Assembly: GCA_027925225.1 (NCBI GenBank)
Contig: AP027131.1
Location: 150,001-182,000, forward strand
DNA: 32,000 nucleotides
Source of the DNA: Candidatus Saccharimonadota bacterium
GTDB lineage: Bacteria > Bacillota_I > Bacilli_A > Mycoplasmatales > Hepatoplasmataceae
Direction of reading: 5' to 3'
The position numbers and the translations under genes were made by a program. Shown here in pieces: positions 10,506-20,857 of the stretch (position 1 is its first letter; each line of letters starts with the position of its first letter). Under the pieces are notes generated by a model. The model made no database searches and was not told the DNA's origin. It saw nothing but the letters and a program-made list of their open reading frames with translations.

Positions 10506-11132
10506 ATGAAATATAAAAATCTCCATTTAATATATGGGCCAATGTATTCTGGAAAATCAAAAAAATTAATTGAAACATATCAAAAAAAAATTACAAATAA
10601 ATTGATATTTAAACCCAAAGCAGATACAAAAAATAGAGAATATGTGAAATCAAGAGATGGACAAAAGGTAAAAGCAATTTCTCTTGAAAAAATAGAAGAA
10701 GTTTATGATTATTTAAATGAAGAAAATCTTAGATTTTTATTTTTTGATGAAGTTTTTATGTTTAAAGGTAATTTAGAAAAAACATTTATTGATCTTTTAG
10801 AAAAAAAATATGAGATATTTATTTCTACATTAGACATGGATTTTAAAGGTCAGTGATTTGGTAATGTAAAAAATTTATTTTCTTATGCTTTTAAATATAA
10901 AAAGGAACATCTCTTTTCAAAATGTCATGTATGTGGAAATCCTTCGGCATGATCAATAAGAATAGTAAATGAAAAAATTGCAAAAGAAGATTCTCCAATA
11001 ATTTTGGTTGACAATAAAATTAAAATGAATATTCGTTATGAAACAAGGTGTGATAAACATAAAAATGTTATATTTACAAAAATAGATTATTTAGATAAAG
11101 AGTTGCTTAATGAAATACAAAAACAAATATAA
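10506..11132 (+). CDS. tdk: thymidine kinase
   Basis: The frame runs from ATG 10506 through TGA 10854 and a second TGA to TAA 11130-11132. It has the P-loop IYGPMYSGKSKKLI, the Walker B-like FFDEVFMF and a C-terminal Zn ribbon (CHVCGNPSAWSIR...RCDKH). This is the typical type II TK layout. Confidence 0.9.
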
Positions 11133-11219
11133 AAAAATATTAAATCATTAAAAAAGTATAAGAATGAAAATAATTAAAAAAAAGAACTATAATTAAGATT
11201 GAAAAATATTTTTATTATT

Positions 11220-12497
11220 ATGAATGTTGCTGAGATTATAAATAAAAAAGCAAATAATGTTCCACTTTCTACTGATGAAATAAATTACATAATGAAAGGG
11301 ATTGATAATTATGTAAATGATTATCAATTAAGTGCTTTTTTAATGACAATTAAAATTAATGGTTTTAATGATGAAGAGCTTCTTGCTTATACAGATTCAA
11401 TAATAAATTCAGGTAAGAAATTTCCATTAAATAATAATCAGATAGATAAACACTCAACGGGTGGAGTAGGAGATAAAGTATCTCTTATTTTGCTTCCCTT
11501 TTTTTCAATTGAAAATATAAAGTTTATAAAATTTTCTGGAAGGGGACTTGGTTTCACTGGAGGAACAATTGATAAATTAGAATCAATTGCAAATTTAAAA
11601 ACAAATTATTCATATAAGGAAATATTAGAATCAAAGAATAATTTAATTCTTTCTTCTGCGGATGAATTTGCTCCTTTTGATAAAAAAACTTACCTAATAA
11701 GAGATACTTCTGGAAGTATTGATTCATGAGCATTAATTGCTGCTTCTGTAATGTCTAAAAAAATAATTTCAGGTGCTAAAAATATTTTTATTGATATAAA
11801 AGTTGGAAGTGGTGCTTTTCTTAAAAATTTAGAGGACGGAAAAGAATTGATTCATTATTTAAAATTAATTGCTAAAAAATATAATAGAAATATTTTTATT
11901 TTATTTACAGATATGAATCAACCTCTTGGTTATACAGTTGGTAATACTTTAGAAATAGAAGAAGTTATGGATTTTTTTAAAGGAAACTATGAAAAAGAAT
12001 TAGGTAAATTAATAGAAAAAATTGTAAGTATATCTTATGCAAAAATAAAAAACATTAGTTTAAAAGATGCCAAAGATTTATATTATTTTAATTTAAAAAA
12101 TAAAAATTTAACAGAAGAATTTTTAAGACTTTTAGAAAATCAAAATGGTGATATAAGCAAATTAAGAGAGAGAAAAATTTTTAATCCAAATTTTTCTTTT
12201 GAGTACAAGGCAAAAAAAGATGGCTATCTTAAGTTTTTAGATATTTCAAAATTAGGGTATTTTTTAATTGATATAAAGGCTGGAAGAAAAAATAAAGAAG
12301 ACAAACTTTATTATGATGCTGGTATTAAATTTAATTTTAAACATGGAGATTTTATTAAAAAAGGAGACATTATTTTTACTATTTTTTCTGAAAATAAAAT
12401 AAATAAAACACAAGAATCTAAGATTTCTAATTTTTTAGAAGTTTCTTCTAAAAAAATTAAGCAAAATAAAATTATTTTAGGAGAAATTTTATGATAA
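11220..12497 (+). CDS. pdp: pyrimidine-nucleoside (thymidine) phosphorylase
   Basis: Track ORFs 11199-11729 and 11751-12494 are in the same frame, joined through TGA 11727. The signature KHSTGGVGDK and LIAASVMSKK are present. Under code 4 the gene ends ...EILW then TAA 12495-12497. ATG 11220 (MNVAEIINKK...) is preferred to TTG 11199. Confidence 0.92.
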
Positions 12498-13225
12498 AAA
12501 ATAAAAAGGAATTTAAATTAGATAATTATGAAGGCCCATTAGATTTGCTCTTAAATCTTATTAAAAGCAAAAAAATGAGCATAAATGAAATTTCTTTATT
12601 TAAAGTAATTGATCAATTTATTGAATTGGTTAACAATTCTAAAGATTTTAATTTAAATGATTTTTCAGAATATCTTCTTTATTCGGCAGAATTACTTTCA
12701 ATTAAATCAAAATATTTAGTTCAAAAAGAAAATGAAAATAATTCATTTGTAAATGATAAAAAAACAAAAAGACTTTTGGAACAGCTTATTGAATATGAAA
12801 AATATAAAAACCTTTCAGAAAAAATGCTAAGTTTGTATGAAAACAATATTATTTTTGATAAGAAGGATGATAATCTAGATGATTTTTTAATTGAAAATAC
12901 AACAAAAAATCTATTTTTAAAAGATCATAATAAACAAGATATTGAAATTGCTATTAGAAATATTTATAAAATGCTAAATGAAAAAAAACCTTTAAGCACA
13001 ACTCTTAAAGTTAAAAGAATTTCTGTTGAGCAAAGAAGAAAACAATTAGAAGATTTTTTTTTAGAAAATGAAAAAATTACTTTTTTTGAACTAATAGGAG
13101 AAGATTTTTCAATTTATATGATAGCAATAACTTTGCTTTGTATTTTGGAAATGTCAAATTCTCAAATTATTAAAATTTTACAAAACTATGAAAATGATGA
13201 AATTTTAATAGAAAGGATTAAATAA
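12491..13225 (+). CDS. scpA: segregation and condensation protein A (kleisin)
   Basis: This is an uninterrupted 244-aa ORF. The N-terminus FKLDNYEGPLDLLLNLIKSKKMSINEISL matches the ScpA signature (F.GPLDLLL.LI.+.+++I..I.+). It sits immediately upstream of scpB. ATG 12491 overlaps the end of pdp by 7 nt. Confidence 0.8.
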   Translation: MIKNKKEFKLDNYEGPLDLLLNLIKSKKMSINEISLFKVIDQFIELVNNSKDFNLNDFSEYLLYSAELLSIKSKYLVQKENENNSFVNDKKTKRLLEQLIEYEKYKNLSEKMLSLYENNIIFDKKDDNLDDFLIENTTKNLFLKDHNKQDIEIAIRNIYKMLNEKKPLSTTLKVKRISVEQRRKQLEDFFLENEKITFFELIGEDFSIYMIAITLLCILEMSNSQIIKILQNYENDEILIERIK

Positions 13226-13226
13226 T

Positions 13227-13781
13227 ATGGAAACAAAAATTTTAATGTCTATTCTTTTTTTAAAAGGCAAAAATGGAATTACTAAAAAAGAAATATCAAA
13301 AATTATGAATGTTTCTCTTCCGAATTTAAAAAAAATAATAAAAGAATTAGAAACAGATTTAATTAAAAAAGATTTACCTTTTATTTTGAAAGATTTTGAT
13401 GACTATATTTGATTGTCAATTTCTAGTGATATTTCAGTTGAAATATCAAAAATTATGAAAAAAGATGTTGCAATTAAATTAACAACTTCATTAGTTGAAA
13501 CTCTTACAATTATTGCTTATAAACAGCCTATAACCAAAAGTGAAATTCAAGCAATAAGAGGTTCTTCCGCAGACTATGCGCTAATGAAATTATTAAATCA
13601 TGATTTAATTCAATATCAAAAAGAAACTGATAGTATTAATTCTCCTAAGAAATTTTATACATCACATTATTTTTTAAAATTGTTTAATTTGAAATCATTA
13701 TTAGATCTTCCTCAACTTGAAAAAGATTTTCAAGAAAAAACTGAAGAAATTCAACTTTTTGATTATGATGAAAGAAAATAA
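13227..13781 (+). CDS. scpB: segregation and condensation protein B
   Basis: Track ORFs 13227-13412 and 13413-13781 are one frame joined by TGA 13410-13412. Two winged-helix-like halves are present (ILFLKGKNGITKKEISKIM... and ETLTIIAYKQPITKSEIQAIRG). The gene starts 1 nt after the scpA stop. Confidence 0.8.
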
Positions 13782-14514
13782 TAAAAATGAACGTATTCAA
13801 AAAATAATTTCAAATTACGGAAGTTATTCAAGAAGAGAAATCGAAAAATTAATAAAAGATAAATTGGTTAAAATAGACGGAGAAATAGCAAAACTTGGAG
13901 ACAAAGCTAATATAAATAGTGATATTAGAATTTTAAATAAAAAATTAACTTTAAATTTAAAACAAGAATACTATGTTTTAAATAAACCAAAAGGATATAT
14001 ATGTTCAAGAGTTGATGAAAAAAATAAAACCGCAATTTCCTTAATAAATAATTATAAAAATAAAAATATTTTTTCAATTGGTAGACTTGATGTTAATACA
14101 ACTGGTTTGCTAATAATAACAAATGATGGTTATTTAAGTAATTACATTACACTTCCTAAAAATAAAATTAGAAAAACATATCTTGTTTGATATCAAAAAA
14201 AATTAACAAAAGAAAACATTTTTAATTTAAAAAACGGAATAAAAATTGATGAAAATTATATTACAAAAAAATTAGCAAATTTAAAAGTTATTGATAATGA
14301 AAAAAAATTTGTTATTAGAATTACTTTAATTGAGGGGAAAAATAATCAGATAAAAAAAATGTTTATTGCTTTAGAAAATAAAGTAATAAATTTAAAAAGA
14401 ATTCAAATAGAAGATCTAAAACTTAATAGTTTAGAAATTGGTAAATATAAAAAATATAGTAAGCAAGAAATTTACAATTTTTTAAATGTAAGGGAAAATA
14501 AAAATGAAGCATAG
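13765..14514 (+). CDS. rluB: RsuA/RluB-family 23S/16S rRNA pseudouridine synthase
   Basis: The frame runs from ATG 13765 through TGA 14188 to TAG 14512-14514. It has an S4 domain (ERIQKIISNYGSYSRREIEKLIKDKLVKIDGE), then YYVLNKPKGYICS and the catalytic GRLDVNTTGLLIITNDG. The upstream TTG 13717 given in the track lies inside scpB and is less likely. Confidence 0.85.
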
Positions 14515-15214
14515 ATTTTTTATAGAAGACAAAGAATTTGATAACAAAGAATTTATTCCTAATATAAATTTAAAAAAACAGATTAAAAAGGTTCTTAGAA
14601 TAAAAAAAAGTGAAACATTTTTAGTAATTAATAAAGAAAAAGAATATCTTGCATATTTTGAAGATGATAAAATTAAAATTTTAAAATTAATTAGAGAAAA
14701 AGAAAAAGAAAAAAAAATTAAAATTTATTTAATACAATCACTTGTAAATCATTCTATTCAAAAAATTATTTTACAAAAATCAACAGAACTTGGAATAGAT
14801 GGAATTTATTTTTTTGAAAGTAAATTTTCAAATTATAAAATTAAAGATGAAAAAAATAAGTATAAAAGACATTTTCAAATTTTAAAAGAAGCCGCAGAAC
14901 AATCCAATCAACTTAAAATTCCATTTTTAAATTATTTAAATAATTTAGATGAATTATCTTTTTCAAAAAAAGATCTTCTTCTTTTTGCTTATGAAAAAGA
15001 AGAAGATATTTATTTAAAATCATTTTTAGATAAAAATAATTTTTATAAAAGAATATTTATTGTTATTGGCCCAGAAGGTGGTTTTTCTTTAGAAGAGATT
15101 AATAAATTTAAAAAAATGAATTTTAATATAGTAAAATTAACAGATACAATTTTAAGGACAGAAACAGCTGTAATTTATTCTATTTCTATTTTTAATTATC
15201 TATTTATTAAATAA
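14504..15214 (+). CDS. rsmE: 16S rRNA (uracil1498-N3)-methyltransferase
   Basis: This is an uninterrupted 236-aa ORF starting MKHRFFIED, with the C-terminal SPOUT motif IGPEGGFSLEEI...LTDTILRTETA. It overlaps the end of rluB by 11 nt. Confidence 0.85.
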   Translation: MKHRFFIEDKEFDNKEFIPNINLKKQIKKVLRIKKSETFLVINKEKEYLAYFEDDKIKILKLIREKEKEKKIKIYLIQSLVNHSIQKIILQKSTELGIDGIYFFESKFSNYKIKDEKNKYKRHFQILKEAAEQSNQLKIPFLNYLNNLDELSFSKKDLLLFAYEKEEDIYLKSFLDKNNFYKRIFIVIGPEGGFSLEEINKFKKMNFNIVKLTDTILRTETAVIYSISIFNYLFIK

Positions 15215-15260
15215 ATTTTTTAAAAAATATCTAAACTATTTTTTAAATTAAATAAACTAA

Positions 15261-15268
15261 TGTAAAAT
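15261..15268 (+). promoter_or_regulatory. candidate -10 element (TGTAAAAT) for the membrane-protein gene pair
   Basis: It lies 14 nt upstream of ATG 15283. It is preceded by AAACTAA (15254-15260), so the 10-mer AAACTAATGT at 15254-15263 is identical to 459-468 upstream of the giant gene. Specificity is low in AT-rich DNA. Confidence 0.25.
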
Positions 15269-15282
15269 ATTTTGTGATTTAA

Positions 15283-16035
15283 ATGAAAGATATTAAATTA
15301 GAATCTAAAGAAAAAATTTTTGAAAAAAATCAATATAATATCTCATATTTAACTTTTTTTTATTTTAAACAAGTATTTAATATTAAAAATTTATTAATGT
15401 TTGTCATTTTGTTTCTTTTAATTTTGACACTTTATAATTCCATAGGAAAAATAATCAATGCTAATGCTTTTAATTTATCAGACAGAAGTATAACTTTAAA
15501 TACTTGAACAACAATAATTTTTACGATTAATATTTATTTTACTTTGTTATTAAATTATATTTATTTATATTTAAAAAAATGTAATTTTACACAAGTAAAC
15601 TCTATAAAAAACACCATTAGTAATTTAATAATTATATTTTTAATTTTTATAATTTTTTATTCTTTTTTATATTTATTATTTCAAATTAATTTATCTGATT
15701 ATAAATATTATTCAAATGGAGAAAAAGCAGTTCCATTCAAAAATATAAATGTTTTATTTTTTAATATGTGTTTTTTTAATTTAATTGCAATTGCATTATT
15801 AAGCATTTTTGCTTCAAAAAGGAGAACATTTAAATTTCAATATTTATTTTTACTTGTAATTTTTATTTTAAATTTTATTTTTTTTCTTTGAATGCTTAAA
15901 ATTATATCTGCAGTTTCTGCGAATGAATATTTAAAATTTTTAAATATATTAAAAATTGAATCATCTATATTTTTAATTTTAATTTTTGTAAATTTATTTA
16001 AAAGAGTATTTCAAAATTATAGATATAAATTTTAA
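15283..16035 (+). CDS. multi-pass integral membrane protein (family not recognised)
   Basis: Track ORFs 15283-15507 and 15544-15891 plus the tail to TAA 16033-16035 form one frame joined by TGA 15505 and TGA 15889 (250 aa). Several long Phe/Ile/Leu-rich hydrophobic stretches are separated by short polar loops. It is a paralogue of the next gene. Confidence 0.7.
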
Positions 16036-16094
16036 AAATAATTTTAATTAGATAAATATTAGTTAACATAAGATTATAAAAAATGTTTATTTAA

Positions 16095-16830
16095 ATGGAA
16101 AAAGAATTTTTATCAATAAAGTATTTTAAATTTTTGGGTTTAATCTTGTTTTATATTAAAAAAACTTTTTAGTTTTAAAAATATTTTACTTTTTGCAATA
16201 ACATTTTTTATATTTTGAACATTTTTTGAAGGTTTTAACATTTGAATAAATTATTTTAGTTTAGATTCAAAATCATATATTTTTCGTATTTGAAAATATA
16301 AAATAAATATTTTGGCAATTTGATTTACTTTTGTGATTATATATTCCTATATATTTTTAAAGAAAAATAATTTTTTGCAAGTTAGTGCTTTTAAAAATTC
16401 TTTTAGTAATTTTATAATTATATTTTTTCTATTTATTTTACTATGAGGAACTACTTGTTTTTTTATGTTAAATCAAATGAGTTCCCATAGAGCATATGAT
16501 GAAACATATAATTATAGCATTGTAATTTATATGTTTACAATAATGTGTTGCTATAATTTGGTTACGCTTTTTACAATAAGTTTAATTTCTAAAAAATTAG
16601 ATTATTCAAATAGAAATTCAAATTTTTTCTATTTAATATTAATTATTGTGATTGTTATGCAACTTATATTATTTTTATATTTTCAAAGAATAATGTCATT
16701 TGCACATGATCAAGTCTTGAAAAAATTTAATATTATTACAGAGATATCTTTTATCATTATTTTTATTTTAATTATTTTAAATATTTTACAAAGATTTTTT
16801 TTAAGAAAAAAATTATCTCTAATTAATTAA
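16095..16830 (+). pseudogene. paralogous multi-pass membrane protein, frameshifted in a homopolymer region near codon 25
   Basis: ATG 16095 opens frame 0, which stops at TAG 16170-16172. The rest of the protein (frame 1, open from 16144 to TAA 16830, including track ORF 16465-16830 and five TGA codons) aligns to the upstream paralogue on both sides of the break. FYIKKTF/SFKNILLF aligns with FYFKQVFNIKNLLMF, and FLKKNNFLQVSAFKNSFSNFIIIFFLFI aligns with YLKKCNFTQVNSIKNTISNLIIIFLIFI. The length is 736 nt, which is 3n+1. Confidence 0.6.
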
Positions 16831-16953
16831 AATATTTTTAAATAATTAATTATTAATTTAATATAAATTTATTAAAATTAAAGAAATACTAAATTAAGCA
16901 TTTAAGTTTATAAGAAATTATTAATAATTATTTTTTATTTTTTTGTGTAAATA

Positions 16954-19287
16954 ATGAAAAAAATTTTTACTCCAATTCTTTTTATTTCTTTAATATTTTT
17001 AGTTACACTTTCAAGTGTTTCTTTTTTTAATTATTTTTCTAATAATCAAGTAAATAATAATATAAATACTGAAGAAAATATTGATTTAGAAAAGCAATTA
17101 GAAAATGCTTTTGTATTTAATCATAAATTACAAATAAAAGAATTTAAAGAAAATAATAAAGACACAGTAAACAAAAATTTTAATAATATGAGTTTTTATC
17201 AAATTAAATCTTGGTTAAAAAATAATCAAGATTTAATTCTTTGAAATTACTATGCTTTTTATGAGGAATTATCGTCATCTTTAACTTCTTTTATTTTTAT
17301 TTATATAAATCAAAATATTTTTAAAAGTAAAATAGAAGATTTTTTAATTACAATTAATTATTGTCTTGTTTCAAAAGAAAATATTGAGAATAATATAAAA
17401 GTAAATAGCTATGTTAGTCCAGAGAATATAGGTAAAATAAGAAACGTCGAGATTATAAGAATTAATGATATTACAAATAATAGTTATTTTAATCAATATA
17501 TTAATAAACATTTTTTTATTATTAAATATAAATTTGAAAAATTAAATAATATTTCTGATCATTATTATTTAGATACATCATTTTCTAATAAATTATCTGT
17601 TTGAATTGAATATTCTAATGAAAATTATCAAGAATTTTCATTTCGTATCATAGAAAACAGTGTTAGCAGTTTTGATTTAAATTATGAGAATAATTTTTAT
17701 TTAAATAATCCAAAAATTATAATAAATAATTTATTTTTTTTAAATAGCAATGTTGTTGAACTTAATTTAAATATCTTACTTCCTGAAAAAATTAGCATTA
17801 AAGAATTTTTAAATAATTTAAAAATTTATGCAGATTATAGATCTTATGATAATAGTAAAAATGAAAATAATTATCAATTAACTTTTACATCTGACGATGA
17901 TTATTATAAATATGGAAATAGCAATTGATATAACGTAACAATTTATATAAATAATATTTCAAAAGAAGAAGGAATAATTTATTATAATTTTTCTTTTTTT
18001 TATAATAATGAAGAAATATTTTTAAATGAGTGAGTTGATAATTACAAAATAATTACCCCAATCCACCCCCCTCAAATTGAGAATGTTTATTATGAAGAAA
18101 ATGAATATTATGATAATTCTTTTTACATCTTTATAAAATATAATGATGAAATAAATTATCAATTAGCTAATAATTTAGTTTTGTCTTATAAAAATAATGG
18201 AAAAGAAGAATATAAAGTTTTAACAAATCCAATTTATATGGAAAATTTGGATATTTATAAATATGAAATAAATTTTGATAAAAATAATACAAATGACTTA
18301 TCATCTTTTGTTTTTGTAAATAGTGGATATTTTGAATATGATTATTTAAACAATTCTTTTGTTAAAAATTATAAAGATAATAAAAATTATTTAAGTACCA
18401 CTGGTTATAAGTATTTTTTTAAAGAAATAAATTTTGAAACAACTTTTAATAAATTAAATATCGATGTAATTGATTCAAAAATTACAAAAAAAGGAAATAA
18501 ATATTATTTAGATGTTTTTTATCATTCTAATAAAATTTGAAATAATACTAAAAATGGAAATTTAAATTTAATAAAGGAAATTAATTTTAATTATTCCTTA
18601 TATGATAATAAAAATAATAAAATTGAAAAATATTCTAAAAATTTATACTATTCTAAAATAAATTTTATAAATTATAAAAATAATATAGAGGTTTTTTATG
18701 AAATACCAACTTTTGAGGAAAATAGTATATATACAAATATGAGTTTTTCATTAAATAAATTAGATTTTAAATATAATGAAAAATACTTCTTAAATAAGAA
18801 GATTTATATAACTAATTTCTCCAATACAAATATAAATAATATAAAAATTGAAAAAGTAAAAAATGATTCTATTACATTTGAAATTACATATTCTGATGTT
18901 TCAAAAATTCAAGCCAATAACTTAAGAATTACTTATAAGGACTCAAATAATAATGAATATGATAGTTTAAAAGAAGAAAATTTAATTAGCAATTCTACAA
19001 TTTATGAAAATCAATATGAATATACTTTAACAAATTTGGAAAATAACACTAAATATAAAGATTTTAATATTTATTTATTAAATAATGTAAGTAGTGATTA
19101 TAAATATGATTGAACTTTTTTGTATTTTGATGATTCTGTTTATCCAAATAATTATGAAAATGTATCAGTTGAAACCAAAAATAAAATTTTAATAATTCTT
19201 TTATCTTTATTAATTTTATTATTATACATTTTTACATTTACATATTTTTTAATTAAGTATATTAAATACAGAAAAAGTATTTTATAA
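16954..19287 (+). CDS. Asn/Tyr-rich surface protein with an N-terminal signal-anchor, FN3-like modules and a C-terminal TM anchor (777 aa)
   Basis: Track ORFs 16954-17244, 18181-18540 and 18739-19113 are all in one frame. I checked every codon in between; the only interruptions are TGA codons (17242, 17602, 17926, 18031, 18538, 19111). The gene ends at TAA 19285-19287. The N-terminus is MKKIFTPILFISLIFLVTLSSVSFF. The C-terminus is ILIILLSLLILLLYIFTFTYFLIKYIKYRKSIL. Confidence 0.75.
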
Positions 19288-19323
19288 TAATTTTAGATTT
19301 TAAATAATAAAAAGGAAACAAAT

Positions 19324-20805
19324 ATGCAAAAAGTAAATAAAAGAGTTTTGGCGACTGTTCTTTTGCCATTTTTTTTAATGATAATAGTATTACCTTTTAC
19401 AAAAAATAATTTAAAAATTAAAAATATTAATGAAGAAAATAATTTTCAAATTATTTCTTCTTATTTTGATTATGAAACATTAAAATACATCAGTGGAGAA
19501 TATGCCGAAAATGATATGACAGTATTGGCAACTACCGGTGTTTATAATGGAGATATTTCTCAAATAAATTCAATAACATTTGATTATCAAATTAAATCAG
19601 AGAATGATAATGATTATCACAACGTTTCTTTTGATGTAAATAAAAGTTTATTTAAAATTGAGAATTTAAATTCAATTACTTATTTTTATGTTGAATTACC
19701 TATTTATTATGATTATTTAACAGATTTTATATTTTTAGAATATGGTATAAATTACTTTATTTTAAATCCCACTTTAACAATAAATAATATTGATAATACA
19801 TCTATTAGTACAACTTATGAACAAGATTATAATATATTACCCGGAGTAACCATTTCTGATAATGGAGACCAAAGTTATCCTAAAATTGTGGGTTTTTCAG
19901 GTTCTAATTCGAGAGAAGTAAAAGTTCTCTTTTCTGATGGAGATAATTTTAATTTTTTAAATTATTCTTCTTATTCTCTTTATCACTATGCAGAATATTA
20001 TGATCTTTATGATACAAATAATGAAAATTTATTAGTAAAAGATTTTAGCAAATTAACTCCAGCTGGTAATGCTAAAAAAATAGAAAATACTAATTATGAA
20101 GGCTTATATGAACAAAGTTTTAAATGATCAGATGAAATGAAAAAACCTCCTCTAAATTATGGTTATAAGGTCGTAAATGAATCTTTATTATTTAATTTAA
20201 ATAATAATTATAAAACAATAAGTTATATTTTATTTAATTTAACTAATGAAAAAGAAAAATTAATTACTCCTAATATTTATAAAAAAAATATTTTAAATAT
20301 AACAATTAGCAGTAATGGAGAATTTACTAATTATGATTATTTAAAATTTGATATTTATTTAGATAAATATAATAAAAATAACACTTCATCTTATAAAGAA
20401 TTTACTAAGCATATTGAGATAGGGTTTAATTGAAAAATGCAAGTCAATGTAGATGATCCTTATGGTGGGCACAAAGAAATTCATACAGAATATATAACTT
20501 ATAAAGCTCAAGAGGTATCTGAAATAAATTCATCTTTCCTTTATACTTCTGGACTTTACTACCAAGAATCGGATATAAAAGCAACAACAGACCACACATT
20601 GCATTACACTTATTATTTAGTTCTTCCCAATGAAAATGATTGAATATTTGCAAACAATGAAACATATGGTGGCATTATGACTTTTAATGAATTTGGTATT
20701 TATTTTTCAAATATTATGACATATGACTCAGTTGATGGATATGAATATCTTTTTGCTAAAAATTCTCCAAATATAGTTATAGATAACGTTTTTATAAATC
20801 ATTAA
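19324..20805 (+). CDS. secreted or membrane-anchored Asn/Tyr-rich protein (493 aa), family not recognised
   Basis: Track ORFs 19324-20127, 20137-20433 and 20437-20643 plus the tail to TAA 20803-20805 form one frame joined by TGA codons. The N-terminus MQKVNKRVLATVLLPFFLMIIVLPF is a signal peptide or anchor. The gene starts 37 nt after the preceding surface-protein gene. Confidence 0.7.
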
Positions 20806-20816
20806 ATTTAATTTAA

Positions 20817-20857
20817 AAAAGCTTTCAATTAAAATTATTTTTTATTTGAAAGCTTTT
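20817..20857. terminator. bidirectional hairpin between convergent genes
   Basis: The perfect 12-bp arms are AAAAGCTTTCAA (20817-20828) and TTGAAAGCTTTT (20846-20857), separated by a 17-nt loop. A-rich sequence lies on one side and T-rich on the other. The right arm overlaps the last codons of the minus-strand MazF-like gene. Confidence 0.5.

Noticed and set aside
20444-20665. Minus-strand track ORF 20444-20665, and similar antisense ORFs at 23610-23837 (+), 24477-24710 (-) and 27635-27820 (-).
   Set aside because: Each lies wholly inside, and antisense to, a longer gene with recognisable homology or continuity (the surface protein, manA, the RHH-FruK fusion and the P-type ATPase).
16954-20805. 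Identifying the tandem N-terminally anchored surface proteins as a mycoplasma MIB-MIP (immunoglobulin-binding protein and protease) pair.
   Set aside because: The second protein shows no convincing serine-protease triad or DUF31-type GxSGS context (only an isolated GFSGSN). The sizes and order alone are not evidence.
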